Part shown: positions 19,906 to 28,991 of the stretch, piece by piece
Layout of the letters: each line of letters begins with the position of its first letter
Position numbering within the stretch: the stretch's first letter is position 1
DNA from: a virus
Taxonomy: Duplodnaviria > Heunggongvirae > Uroviricota > Caudoviricetes
IMG/VR virus record: IMGVR_UViG_2576861193_000004
Location: 42,259 to 106,258 of that record
Direction: 5' to 3' (one strand)
DNA length: 64,000 nucleotides
Program-made: the position numbers and the translations under genes
Notes under the pieces: generated by a model
Told to the model about the DNA's origin: nothing
The model's database searches: none
The model's input: the letters and a program-made list of their open reading frames with translations, nothing else

Positions 19906-21465
19906 ATGACTGTTCGGATTGTATCTAACGCAGTAAATGCACTTATTTCTGGCGCAGATGACAAGGTAAAGCAACTGGTGCAACAGATGTTGAGCTACGA
20001 AGTCGAGACTGGCGACTGGAAGGGCACAAGCACGATGTTCAACTGGAGTAAAAACTCGTTCCCTGCTGGCTTTGCCAAGCCTGTAGCGGCGAACTTGAAC
20101 AAGGCGGGCATCAAATGTGTTCATATCCGCAAAGACAAAGCCCCGGCGCTTGGAAAGCCAAATCCGGCGGTCAACCCATTCCCATACAATCCTGATTATG
20201 CATATCAGGATCAGACTGTGGAAACACTGGTTCGAGAGGGAATGATGATTGCGCAGATCGCTACTGGTGGCGGGAAATCTAATGTTGCCTGCAAAGCAGC
20301 TGCACGTATCGGTCGAATGACATTATTTTTAACAACCCGCTCTGTTCTGATGTTTCAGATGGCCGAAAACTTCCAGAGATCCATCGACTACCGCGCCGAA
20401 AATGGCGAACCGTGGTTAAAAGACCAAAAGGTTGGAGTCATTGGCTCGGGTGAGTTCCAGGTATCACGACATATCAACGTCGCTACAGTTCAAACTCTGG
20501 CAAGTTTCCTTGAAGAACCACCACGCGATGCAACTCCAGATAAGAAGAGCTACCACCTCAAACGTCGGGACTTGGTGAAACGCTTCCTTTCAAGTGTGTC
20601 TCTTCTTATTCTGGAAGAGGCGCATGAGTCTTCAGGCTCTAATTTCTATGACATCGCCAGATTATGTGCGAACGCAGACTATCGCCTGGCGCTTACGGCA
20701 ACGCCGTTCATGAAGGATTCTACGGAAGCCAACATGCGTCTGATGGCAGTGGCCGGGCGAATTGAAATAAAAGTCACGGAAAAGTATCTGATTGATAGAG
20801 GCATTCTGGCAAAGCCATACTTCCTTTATCATAAAGTTGCCTACAAGCCGGACGAGGCCAGAATCAAGGCAGAACTTGCCAACAAACACCTCAATTTTAG
20901 AGTAGGTATGAGCACTGCCTACCAAAAGGCTTATCAGTTGGGGATCGTGTATAATTTGGGACGTAATGAGGCCATTGTTCGCGAAGCATTGCTCTATAAG
21001 CAACATTCTCTCAATTGTATGACTCTGGTTCGTCTTAAACGCCACGGGCAAATCCTGATGGAAATGATGAAAGAGTCCGGCCTTAGAGTTGACTTCATTT
21101 ATGGGGAATCGAACCAGTCGACAAGGCAAGCAAAGCTGAACAGTTTAGCGTCTGGCGACATAGATGTTTTAATAGGCTCGACTATTCTGGATGTCGGTGT
21201 TGATGTGCCAAACGTTGGTGCGGTCATTCTTGCTGGTGGTGGGAAAGCAGAAGTTGAAATGAGACAACGTGTCGGTCGTGGCTTACGAGCCAAGAAGAAT
21301 CAGGCAAACGTGTGTTTTGTCACTGATTTCATTGACATTAGCAACAAATACCTGTTGTCTCACTCTTATGAGCGAAAACACATCATCGACACCACACCTG
21401 GCTTTGCAGAAGGTGTATTGCCTGTTGATGGCGCATTCGATTTTGGAGTTCTGAAACGAGATTAG
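19906..21465 (+). CDS. SF2 DEAD/DEAH-box DNA helicase
   Basis: 519 aa; Walker A ATGGGKS, DEAH-like LEEAHE, TATP motif, QRVGRGLR motif VI; RBS aggaaagagg upstream. Confidence 0.75.
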   Translation: MTVRIVSNAVNALISGADDKVKQLVQQMLSYEVETGDWKGTSTMFNWSKNSFPAGFAKPVAANLNKAGIKCVHIRKDKAPALGKPNPAVNPFPYNPDYAYQDQTVETLVREGMMIAQIATGGGKSNVACKAAARIGRMTLFLTTRSVLMFQMAENFQRSIDYRAENGEPWLKDQKVGVIGSGEFQVSRHINVATVQTLASFLEEPPRDATPDKKSYHLKRRDLVKRFLSSVSLLILEEAHESSGSNFYDIARLCANADYRLALTATPFMKDSTEANMRLMAVAGRIEIKVTEKYLIDRGILAKPYFLYHKVAYKPDEARIKAELANKHLNFRVGMSTAYQKAYQLGIVYNLGRNEAIVREALLYKQHSLNCMTLVRLKRHGQILMEMMKESGLRVDFIYGESNQSTRQAKLNSLASGDIDVLIGSTILDVGVDVPNVGAVILAGGGKAEVEMRQRVGRGLRAKKNQANVCFVTDFIDISNKYLLSHSYERKHIIDTTPGFAEGVLPVDGAFDFGVLKRD

Positions 21466-21467
21466 TT

Positions 21468-21746
21468 ATGAGCGAAAAGAAAACAACTTATTGCCAAGTG
21501 GCATTGTCTGATAAGGCCAATGAAAAACTTGGAAAATTTCAAATAAAACTCAAAGAGAAAAAAATCAAGATGTCTAAGGCTGAAGTTATCAATGCCATTC
21601 TGGAGACGATGACTATGGCTGAATTTGACAAAGTCACATCTGCCGTTGGGGTTTCCGCTAAGACGCGTGAGAAAATCATGCGCATCTATGAGAACTCCAA
21701 TATGACAAAAAAAGATCTAGAGGAAATACTGAGCAGGTTGCCGTAA
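21468..21746 (+). CDS. hypothetical small protein
   Basis: 92 aa ORF starting 3 nt after helicase stop. Confidence 0.3.
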   Translation: MSEKKTTYCQVALSDKANEKLGKFQIKLKEKKIKMSKAEVINAILETMTMAEFDKVTSAVGVSAKTREKIMRIYENSNMTKKDLEEILSRLP

Positions 21747-21811
21747 CATTTCATATTTACCCCCTATCTACTAATTCTATGATGTGCTCACTTGTTAGAA
21801 AGGAGCACATC

Positions 21812-22378
21812 ATGAGTTGGTTAAAAGAATTATCATTTGTTGACACCACTGGCGCTAAGAAAAATCATTCTTTCTGGAAAGTCAGCGATCCTTCTGATTT
21901 TCTTGTTGGTGCTAATGCTGCTTTTGAATTGCTTAACTTTTATCAACGTTATCCTGAAATGAAACACAGTCCACTCCTGTACAGAATAACAAACGATATG
22001 AATAGGTCTGGTTTATTATCAAGTGAGTCAGCGAAAGGCTTTTTTAGCAAAATTACGCCACACATATCATTCGATTCAGCAAACGAAATTGATTATCTAC
22101 CCACGAAACCTCAAGAACAATTATCTGTACCACCTGAGAAAAAAGAAAGACGAATTTCCAGCATTGAAAATATATCGAAAGAGCTTCGCACAACAACGTT
22201 GAGGCTGCTGAACTTTCTTACGCTACTTAATTGGATAGATGATCAAACATTGATTCCATCAACCGATGCGTTGGATAACAGAGTCCTTAGGCTGAACAAA
22301 AAATCGCAATTTGGTTTTGTGTTCACCAAAAAAGGTGAAGATTTAATCAAAAGAAAATATAGATTATTGAATGATTAA
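21812..22378 (+). CDS. hypothetical protein
   Basis: Start set at MSWLKELSF (ATG 21812) preceded by GGAG; ORF track start 21779 would lie inside an inverted repeat. Confidence 0.3.
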   Translation: MSWLKELSFVDTTGAKKNHSFWKVSDPSDFLVGANAAFELLNFYQRYPEMKHSPLLYRITNDMNRSGLLSSESAKGFFSKITPHISFDSANEIDYLPTKPQEQLSVPPEKKERRISSIENISKELRTTTLRLLNFLTLLNWIDDQTLIPSTDALDNRVLRLNKKSQFGFVFTKKGEDLIKRKYRLLND

Positions 22379-22523
22379 TAGTCTACATGCAGGTGTATGA
22401 GAGCACCTGCATGTGACACTCATCACATTTTTTGAAGCACACACCTCCGGCTGAAAAAATTTCTTGATTGGCTGAACGATATTTGTAGGCTTTTCAATTG
22501 ATAACTAAGGTCGGATACTGTAG

Positions 22524-23012
22524 ATGAGTATTTCTATAAACAAAATAATTAACTCTTTACGACATAAAATATCACATGGAAAAGATGTTCTTTTTAAAGA
22601 AAAATATTATCTATTCAACTTAGAGCCGTACAAATGTACAAAATTTTATATCACTCGGAACCGTAAATATTCAGTTTCAATCACAAAAGACATGAAGAAA
22701 ATCTCTTCAGAAGAGTACTTCATATCACATATTTATATCTACCCATTTAAATTAGAACCATTAAATATAATTCTTCCTACAATAAAAGGGGTTGAACTTG
22801 AAGGTTATACTTTAAGCTCTAACTTTAATGATATGGGTGTACAAAAACCAGGGACAAGGTCATACTACGCCTACAAAGTAAAATGCAATAACTACAACGC
22901 ACTTAACATGCTAATCAGCAAACTTGAAACGGAGATAGTCGAAGGAAATCTAAATGATGATCATGAAAAATTAGAACAAATAGAAAAACTTAGAAAGTGT
23001 GATGTTAAATAA
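22524..23012 (+). CDS. hypothetical protein (AT-rich, Lys/Tyr/Asn-rich)
   Basis: 162 aa; first gene of translationally coupled trio; lower GC than flanks. Confidence 0.3.
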   Translation: MSISINKIINSLRHKISHGKDVLFKEKYYLFNLEPYKCTKFYITRNRKYSVSITKDMKKISSEEYFISHIYIYPFKLEPLNIILPTIKGVELEGYTLSSNFNDMGVQKPGTRSYYAYKVKCNNYNALNMLISKLETEIVEGNLNDDHEKLEQIEKLRKCDVK

Positions 23013-23627
23013 TTGGATTATCATGATATGAAAATGAAACTTTCGTTACTCCTTGCTTGTATATACCTCCCGGCGTTTCCCGCCAACGCATTATCAGATT
23101 TCGTCTCTGACATGCAAAAAACGTACAGCATGTTTACCTCCGAAGACGTAGTAGAATACAAATCACGAGGTCTGAATCAGCCAGTTTGGTTCAGATTCTC
23201 AGACAACGCAGAAGAAACAATACTTAATGGAGGAAAAGAAAGATTACGGTTGCAAATTAACGGGACCGCTGTACCAGAAAACGTTAATGTAAGCTCTGAC
23301 GAAGCCATGAAGCCATCTGGAATTGTTTTAGAAGTTCAAGACGGCACACTTTACTGTGATGAAATGGCTACAACAGGTTGCCAAGTAAACATTAGGGTTG
23401 GCAATGAAGAGCCTATCGTTACTTACGCCAAGGCTGAAGGGAATACAAGTGGAAAGGTATTGTTTATCGATGAAAATATCTCAAAACGTATCGTTCGTGA
23501 CATACAGAAAACAGCTAACTCTAAATCCGTCGATAAAAAAATCTATGTTGAGGTTCCCTTCTTTGTCGTTGGTAACAAAGAATTTAAATTTGGGTTGCTG
23601 AAAACACCTCTAAGAGTATCAGAATGA
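23013..23627 (+). CDS. hypothetical secreted protein (Sec signal peptide)
   Basis: N-terminus MKMKLSLLLACIYLPAFPANA with AxA cleavage-like site; start abuts previous stop. Confidence 0.35.
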   Translation: MDYHDMKMKLSLLLACIYLPAFPANALSDFVSDMQKTYSMFTSEDVVEYKSRGLNQPVWFRFSDNAEETILNGGKERLRLQINGTAVPENVNVSSDEAMKPSGIVLEVQDGTLYCDEMATTGCQVNIRVGNEEPIVTYAKAEGNTSGKVLFIDENISKRIVRDIQKTANSKSVDKKIYVEVPFFVVGNKEFKFGLLKTPLRVSE

Positions 23628-24148
23628 GAACATTGGACATCACCTACGGCATACCGGCTGAAGTCTGGCCGCGAGACTACGAACATGCTGAGAACATACT
23701 TATGTTCTGGCGGAAGAACAACATTCCTGTAAGAGTCACGCTTGAAGACGGTCAGGTGTTTTGCATGTACGTTCAGGGGACAATGCCTTCACGCAATAAG
23801 CTAGATTTATGCCCGATTCCATATGATAAAGAAAATCGTATAAGACTCCCACTTGAGCGCATTAGCACAATTGAATCAGGTGTAATCGATGGCATTGCTC
23901 GCGAGTTCAAAGGTAGGCTAACAATACATCCAGACTATGTTGACAATCAGCCATCACGCCGTGACTTTTTTGCGATATGTCGCAAGGCTTATCAAAACGA
24001 CCAATCTATAAGGGTCTACATGACAGACGGTCGTGAAATAGAAGGGGTGTCAAGAGGCGTTGATGCTTGCCAGGTCACTCTTAAGTTAGAAGACGGCAGA
24101 AAAATACTTGTTTTCTTCGATTGGGTTGAACGAATCCTTCCATTTTAA
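23624..24148 (+). CDS. hypothetical protein
   Basis: 174 aa; 4-nt overlap with upstream gene; followed by hairpin terminator. Confidence 0.3.
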   Translation: MRTLDITYGIPAEVWPRDYEHAENILMFWRKNNIPVRVTLEDGQVFCMYVQGTMPSRNKLDLCPIPYDKENRIRLPLERISTIESGVIDGIAREFKGRLTIHPDYVDNQPSRRDFFAICRKAYQNDQSIRVYMTDGREIEGVSRGVDACQVTLKLEDGRKILVFFDWVERILPF

Positions 24149-24160
24149 ATCTATAAGGGT

Positions 24161-24190
24161 AATAACCGGCTAAGTCCGGTTATTATTTTA
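24161..24190 (+). terminator. rho-independent terminator after accessory operon
   Basis: aataaccgg-ctaagt-ccggttatt perfect 9-bp stem followed by atttta. Confidence 0.5.
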
Positions 24191-24341
24191 CATGCCATTC
24201 ATTTAAAACTCTTTCAATGCCACCCCGTATAAATATATAAGGTTAAAGGCCCGAATTGATTATTTATTTAGGGAACACCTTCGACGATCTCGCTTTTATT
24301 TCTAGGACTTTCATCCCTGCAGAAAATTTAAAAAAAAACAC

Positions 24342-24370
24342 TTGCAATCTTTTTTCACGTATTGATAATT
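24342..24370 (+). promoter_or_regulatory. sigma70-like promoter for gene 24444-25094
   Basis: TTGCAA (24342-24347), 17-nt spacer, ATAATT (24365-24370); about 70 nt 5' UTR then AAGGA-ATG. Confidence 0.4.
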
Positions 24371-24443
24371 GAACTCGTCGAAAGCGAGCTGGCTAACGAC
24401 AGTAAAAATAAATTCATTTTAATTTTTCGTAAGGATGTCCATC

Positions 24444-25094
24444 ATGGCTAACATTATCATTTCTAAAAAGTCCATCATTGAAGCTGCTGCCATTGTATCC
24501 GACGAGCTGCGCGAAAAAGCAGATCTGGCAACTCAAACATATAACGAACATTATAAAAATGGTACGCACACAAAAGCAGACAAAGCAAACATGCAAGCTG
24601 CGACCACTAAACTTGCTTACTTCATCAACAACGTTGTGAACGCAGTAGAAGACGAAAAATTATGCTCTGTTTTCTACTATGCGATTAAAGCAAGCAAACA
24701 AGCGCCAGAAGTATTTTTCCGTGATGCAATGACTAATAGTTATTCTCTGGAAAAACTGGTTTATCTGGTTAAATCAATTAAATCTGGTAAATGCGTTTAC
24801 TCCATCGCTGATATGTCTGGATCTCGTGTATTCGCTTTAATCGATATGATTAACGACGAGATCGACACGTTCACCAATGGCGCTGTTTTCGATTTAATGA
24901 ATGAAGCTAAAAAAGCGTGCGAAATTAAATTGGACGCTGGCTATACTCAAGCCAACCAGTTGATCAATCTTTGCGAACGTCTTGGACTTGTTGAGAAAGT
25001 CAAAGGAATGGGAAGCGCAAAAGCTGGTACGCAGCAATATCGCTTTATTAAAAATGATTTCTATAACTATCTGGCTGATGCTTTCAAAGCGTAA
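24444..25094 (+). CDS. hypothetical protein (stand-alone, own promoter and terminator)
   Basis: Start set at MANIIISKK with RBS AAGGA; 217 aa; no family recognised. Confidence 0.35.
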   Translation: MANIIISKKSIIEAAAIVSDELREKADLATQTYNEHYKNGTHTKADKANMQAATTKLAYFINNVVNAVEDEKLCSVFYYAIKASKQAPEVFFRDAMTNSYSLEKLVYLVKSIKSGKCVYSIADMSGSRVFALIDMINDEIDTFTNGAVFDLMNEAKKACEIKLDAGYTQANQLINLCERLGLVEKVKGMGSAKAGTQQYRFIKNDFYNYLADAFKA

Positions 25095-25107
25095 TTAATG
25101 GAATCTT

Positions 25108-25128
25108 GCGCCCACTATGGGCGCTTTT
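25108..25128 (+). terminator. rho-independent terminator (copy 1 of duplicated hairpin)
   Basis: gcgcccactatgggcgc + tttt. Confidence 0.6.
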
Positions 25129-25141
25129 AAGGAGCTTAATC

Positions 25142-25372
25142 ATGTTTATTCTTATCGCTGGCGTTAACGTGCGCAATGAATATTTTGTTAATCGCATCGC
25201 TGGGATCGCTGGTTACGCTGGGCGCGCAGTCGAGTTCATAAATGAAACAACGCGAAGAATTGACTTATTGAACGACCAGGAGCGAAAAAAAGCAGACGTG
25301 AATGACGCTGATATATTTTTAATGTTGAAAGCGTTTGTAGAAATGGGATTCAAAATTAGTTTACACAAATAA
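25142..25372 (+). CDS. hypothetical small protein
   Basis: 76 aa from ATG 25142 with RBS aaggag; flanked by identical hairpins. Confidence 0.25.
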   Translation: MFILIAGVNVRNEYFVNRIAGIAGYAGRAVEFINETTRRIDLLNDQERKKADVNDADIFLMLKAFVEMGFKISLHK

Positions 25373-25378
25373 AATCGA

Positions 25379-25401
25379 GCGCCCACTATGGGCGCTTTTT
25401 T
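25379..25401 (+). terminator. rho-independent terminator (copy 2 of duplicated hairpin)
   Basis: gcgcccactatgggcgc + tttttt; identical 21-bp unit to copy 1. Confidence 0.6.
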
Positions 25402-25860
25402 CGTTTCCAATACTCCCACCATAACGCGCCATCATTGGCGCGTTTTTTATTGTCTTTAACTCGCTCCAACAACATAAAAATAAGCACCAAAATAACGCCA
25501 TAGACGCGCTTTTATATCCTTGTCAGTACATACCCATTACTTAACACATTAACGCGCTTAAAACGCGTTATATTGCGCTATAGAGTATGGTTAATCATTG
25601 GCTTTTAGTCTTGCTATGTGATCCGCGTTTATTTGTCGGCGCGGATCGGCTCTTTGTGTTGTTTTGTATCCGCTCGCGTATTATGTGCGCGTGATTTTTC
25701 ACATAATCACACCACTTAATCACATATGTGATTACGCTACGAAAGAAATCTGGATGTCTCAGGCGACGAAAGTCATCATAATTTTCCCCGCTCACCTGTC
25801 CGACAACCGCTGGTTGGATTCCACCAGCTTCCCGATGTTTTTTCTACATAAAGGCGAATG

Positions 25861-25981
25861 CAGCCGTTTCCCGAAAAAATCCTGGCCGTTTCCCGTCGGC
25901 TCATGAATGCGTTCCTCGCCGTTTCTGAAAATTTCCCTGCGGCAGCTGGTGGCTATAGAGAAAGGGCCGTTTCTGGCCCTC
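25861..25981 (+). repeat. iteron-like direct repeat array (4 copies, GCCGTTTC core)
   Basis: cagccgtttcccgaaaaaa / tggccgtttcccgtcgg / tcgccgtttctgaaaat / gggccgtttctggccc at roughly 21-27 bp spacing. Confidence 0.5.
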
Positions 25982-25988
25982 TTCTCAG

Positions 25989-26471
25989 TTACACGCCATC
26001 AAGGATGTGGATGCGGTTGCTTGCGTATACATTCAGCATAAAGTTAGCGCAAAACAGTTTCCATGTATCAACGCCAGCGGTATACGTAATGTTTTTGCAT
26101 TTAATTGCATTGTTGGCGATCCGCATCCCCTGCGATACTGCTTCATCGTCGGAAAATTTGAACGACGATTGAGTTTTAATCCAGACAGAAATCTGCGTAG
26201 CGAACTCAATCAGCTTGGACTGGCAGAATCGCCCGGAGCGCACCGGAAAGACGAACGTTCCGAATCCAGAATTTACCACATACGCTTTCTCAAATACCCG
26301 CGAGTAACGACGATTGCCAATGATGTCGCGTGCAATAATGCATTTTTCTTGTGCTGACAGTTCTACCGTCTCATTGTCGCGCCATGCACCAAGTACTCGT
26401 TTTTCAATGTCAGAGAACGTTACAGCGATATTGCCATGTGCGGGTGCGTTTACAGTAGCGATAAAATTCAT
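25989..26471 (-). CDS. hypothetical protein
   Basis: 160 aa; motif-1 palindrome 20 bp upstream of start. Confidence 0.3.
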   Translation of the reverse strand: MNFIATVNAPAHGNIAVTFSDIEKRVLGAWRDNETVELSAQEKCIIARDIIGNRRYSRVFEKAYVVNSGFGTFVFPVRSGRFCQSKLIEFATQISVWIKTQSSFKFSDDEAVSQGMRIANNAIKCKNITYTAGVDTWKLFCANFMLNVYASNRIHILDGV

Positions 26472-26490
26472 GATTAATTCCTTATCGTAA

Positions 26491-26508
26491 ATAACAAATT
26501 GTTTTCTT
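26491..26508. promoter_or_regulatory. motif-1 palindrome
   Basis: ataacaaattgttttctt, 20 bp upstream of start at 26471. Confidence 0.5.
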
Positions 26509-26821
26509 GTTGGTGTTAATTATCGTTGTACGAATAAGGCGTCAAAGTGGAAAGTTGCGGTAGCCGGACGGGAACAGGTGGGTTTGTCGGTTGCCTGGAG
26601 GTAAGAGGTTGGTGTTTTTAGCCTGCGGGAAACAGGATGGTCATTTAAGGCCACCAATGCTGATGGCCTTAATAATTATCGCCCTATTACGCTAAGGATC
26701 TTTTCCTCAACTGATTTGTTGTTGCGACTAAACTGCCTTGCGTATCTGATGACAGAAGAGGCGTTTTGCTTTCTGACCAATTCGACTCTTTCCTTCAGGG
26801 TTTTCTTGAAATCGCCCATAT

Positions 26822-27196
26822 TTACCACCAGGCGCAGAAGGTCAGTCTGTTATTGTGAAAGTCGTGGTTCCTGATCAGGTCTTCCACAAGTTTTTTCAGC
26901 TTATCCACGTCATGCCAGTAACCTTCGTCGTACTCCTGACTGCCGAAGAAAAAACCTTCCCGAGTAGGCAAGTACTCTTCGCAATTGCTTTCGTTTATGT
27001 GCATCAAATGAGCTTTCAGAAGACAAATGTCATTCATCGTTAATTCTAAAAGCTCACAATTTTCGACTTCACCTACGTTGCGCTCCATCCACCCAACGAG
27101 CGCATTGAACTTACGGAAGTAAGCAACCTGCTTTCTGGATGCCTCGTTATTCAGATCGTTTTTAGGCTGTGTCTCGATATAGATATCAAGTCCCAT
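26822..27196 (-). CDS. hypothetical acidic protein
   Basis: Start set at MGLDIYIE with RBS AAGGAAACC; motif-1 palindrome upstream; possible 46-aa coupled ORF downstream (about 26684-26821). Confidence 0.3.
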   Translation of the reverse strand: MGLDIYIETQPKNDLNNEASRKQVAYFRKFNALVGWMERNVGEVENCELLELTMNDICLLKAHLMHINESNCEEYLPTREGFFFGSQEYDEGYWHDVDKLKKLVEDLIRNHDFHNNRLTFCAWW

Positions 27197-27252
27197 GATG
27201 GTTTCCTTATTAAGTTGCTTCAGTGAAATCATTTTCACAAATCAGATAAGGC

Positions 27253-27268
27253 AGAAAACAAATTGTTA
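27253..27268. promoter_or_regulatory. motif-1 palindrome
   Basis: agaaaacaaattgtta. Confidence 0.5.
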
Positions 27269-27313
27269 TCGGGCATAATAAAATGGCGCGGTTTACGCGC
27301 CATTTAAAGAGGA

Positions 27314-27709
27314 TTAAGCGAATACGCTTTCAGGGATTAAGGTGTCGGCAGGAATGCCAGAGGTAATGCGCAGACCGTACTGGCCAATCCAGGTGGTGCT
27401 GGTGTTCAGGCTGGAGGCGAATACGGTGTTAACCATATTCATCATGGTTTCAAACACCTCTTCATCAACCTGGCGGAAGTAGTTCTCGATTTTCAGCAGC
27501 AGCGGGTCAGTTGCATCGAGAATGGACTGGTATTGAGTCGCGTACTCGCCGCCGGAGGCATCACCTTTACGCACGATCGTACTGGCCTGGACTTCGGCAC
27601 CAGTTTCGGTGTTGTACGTAACAACGGTAATTTTTGCCACATTCTTACCTTCGGCGGTTTCAGAGGCATAGTAAACATCAACTGTCAGTTTTTCGCGTTT
27701 AACGGTCAT
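27314..27709 (-). CDS. hypothetical protein
   Basis: Start set at MTVKREKL with RBS GGAGAG; motif-2 palindrome upstream. Confidence 0.3.
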   Translation of the reverse strand: MTVKREKLTVDVYYASETAEGKNVAKITVVTYNTETGAEVQASTIVRKGDASGGEYATQYQSILDATDPLLLKIENYFRQVDEEVFETMMNMVNTVFASSLNTSTTWIGQYGLRITSGIPADTLIPESVFA

Positions 27710-27775
27710 TTCACTCTCCGTAGTGTCTTGGTTATTTTTATATTCTATGATCGTAAGTATGTACTTACAATACAA

Positions 27776-27805
27776 AAAAGCCCCGTAAGGATGGCGGGGC
27801 TGTCG
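27776..27805 (-). terminator. rho-independent terminator
   Basis: Minus strand agccccgccatccttacggggct followed by tttttg. Confidence 0.5.
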
Positions 27806-27835
27806 TACGGTCGACTAATTACCACTTGCACATTA

Positions 27836-28147
27836 TCAGGCTATTGCCATCACTGATGCTCTCTGAATCTCTTGCTGGGCCACGCGGTTAACTTCCATCA
27901 AAGCCAGTTCGAGCTGATGTTCCGGCCACATTCTTTGAAATGCCACCCAGCCTTTTCCACGCTGGCGACGAACATTCATTACATAACGAGTAAAGGTGTT
28001 TTTATCGAAAGACACCGCTGTTTCACGGAACAGACGAATAGAGGTTCCATTGGCAACGATGTCCAGCAAAGTTAATTGAGCAACCAGCGCAGGCTTCTCT
28101 TTTCTCTTCTGGTCTTTGTCCAGACCAAGAACCAATGATTTTTTCAT
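27836..28147 (-). CDS. hypothetical basic protein
   Basis: Start set at MKKSLVLGL; motif-1 palindrome immediately upstream. Confidence 0.3.
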   Translation of the reverse strand: MKKSLVLGLDKDQKRKEKPALVAQLTLLDIVANGTSIRLFRETAVSFDKNTFTRYVMNVRRQRGKGWVAFQRMWPEHQLELALMEVNRVAQQEIQRASVMAIA

Positions 28148-28157
28148 CACAACTCCG

Positions 28158-28174
28158 TAAACAACTTGTTTTCT
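28158..28174. promoter_or_regulatory. motif-1 palindrome
   Basis: taaacaacttgttttct preceded by caactccg. Confidence 0.5.
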
Positions 28175-28300
28175 CAATGGCGTAAATAATACCAGTAAGA
28201 AAACGGCTACAAAGCATATTGATCAGGTGCATGAGCGATATGCAGGTTCTTCCCTGCGGCTATAGAGAAATTAAGCCAGCAATGCTGGCTTTGGTTGGGG

Positions 28301-28630
28301 TTACTCGAATACTTCAAGAAACTCCTGAACGTCCCAATGCTGGACGAGGTGAAGATAGACCTTAGAAATCACGTCATTTTCGCTATCGCATGTGAAGTAG
28401 TACTTCTGGCTGCGGTTGTATGTGTCCACACAAAATTCGCTCATATCCATAAAGTCAGCATCTTCACCCATGTCGCAAATCATCAAAGCAGGTGCGTCAT
28501 CACGAGTCATCAGCTCCAGCACCCATCTTGAATTAATCAGAGTGGAAGACCAACCTTCCAGCTCATAGAACTGGTCAAACTCTTTTTGAGTCAATTTCTT
28601 GATTTGGTTGATGTCGATATTTGCAAACAT
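28301..28630 (-). CDS. hypothetical small acidic protein
   Basis: Start set at MFANIDINQ with RBS AAGGA; Asp/Glu-rich; motif-1 palindrome in 5' UTR. Confidence 0.3.
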   Translation of the reverse strand: MFANIDINQIKKLTQKEFDQFYELEGWSSTLINSRWVLELMTRDDAPALMICDMGEDADFMDMSEFCVDTYNRSQKYYFTCDSENDVISKVYLHLVQHWDVQEFLEVFE

Positions 28631-28642
28631 AAAGCAATCCTT

Positions 28643-28658
28643 AAACAACATGTTTTCT
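28643..28658. promoter_or_regulatory. motif-1 palindrome
   Basis: aaacaacatgttttct in 5' UTR of 28301-28630. Confidence 0.5.
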
Positions 28659-28991
28659 TGATGGTGTTATTATCGCAATAACGCACAGGCGAAAAAGGAT
28701 TTTATTCCGGTGAATGTGGTTTTGGCAGTGAGTTTTCAGGTTCAGTACCGAGTACACTTTTTACATTATTCTGATTTAGTGGCCGAAGGTGGCTGGTGGG
28801 CAGAATAATCATCTCCCCGAAAACCTACTGAAATCGATTGTGACCCGCTGACTGTCTGGCACAATTACGCTGTAGTTGGGCATTCAGAGGGAATCCAGCG
28901 GTAAGTAAGTTCGCCTGCACGTGAGCGCCTCTCTTCTTCCCGCACATTACAGGTGGGTAGCCGCAACTCTCCCTATCGCTATACCGGTACG

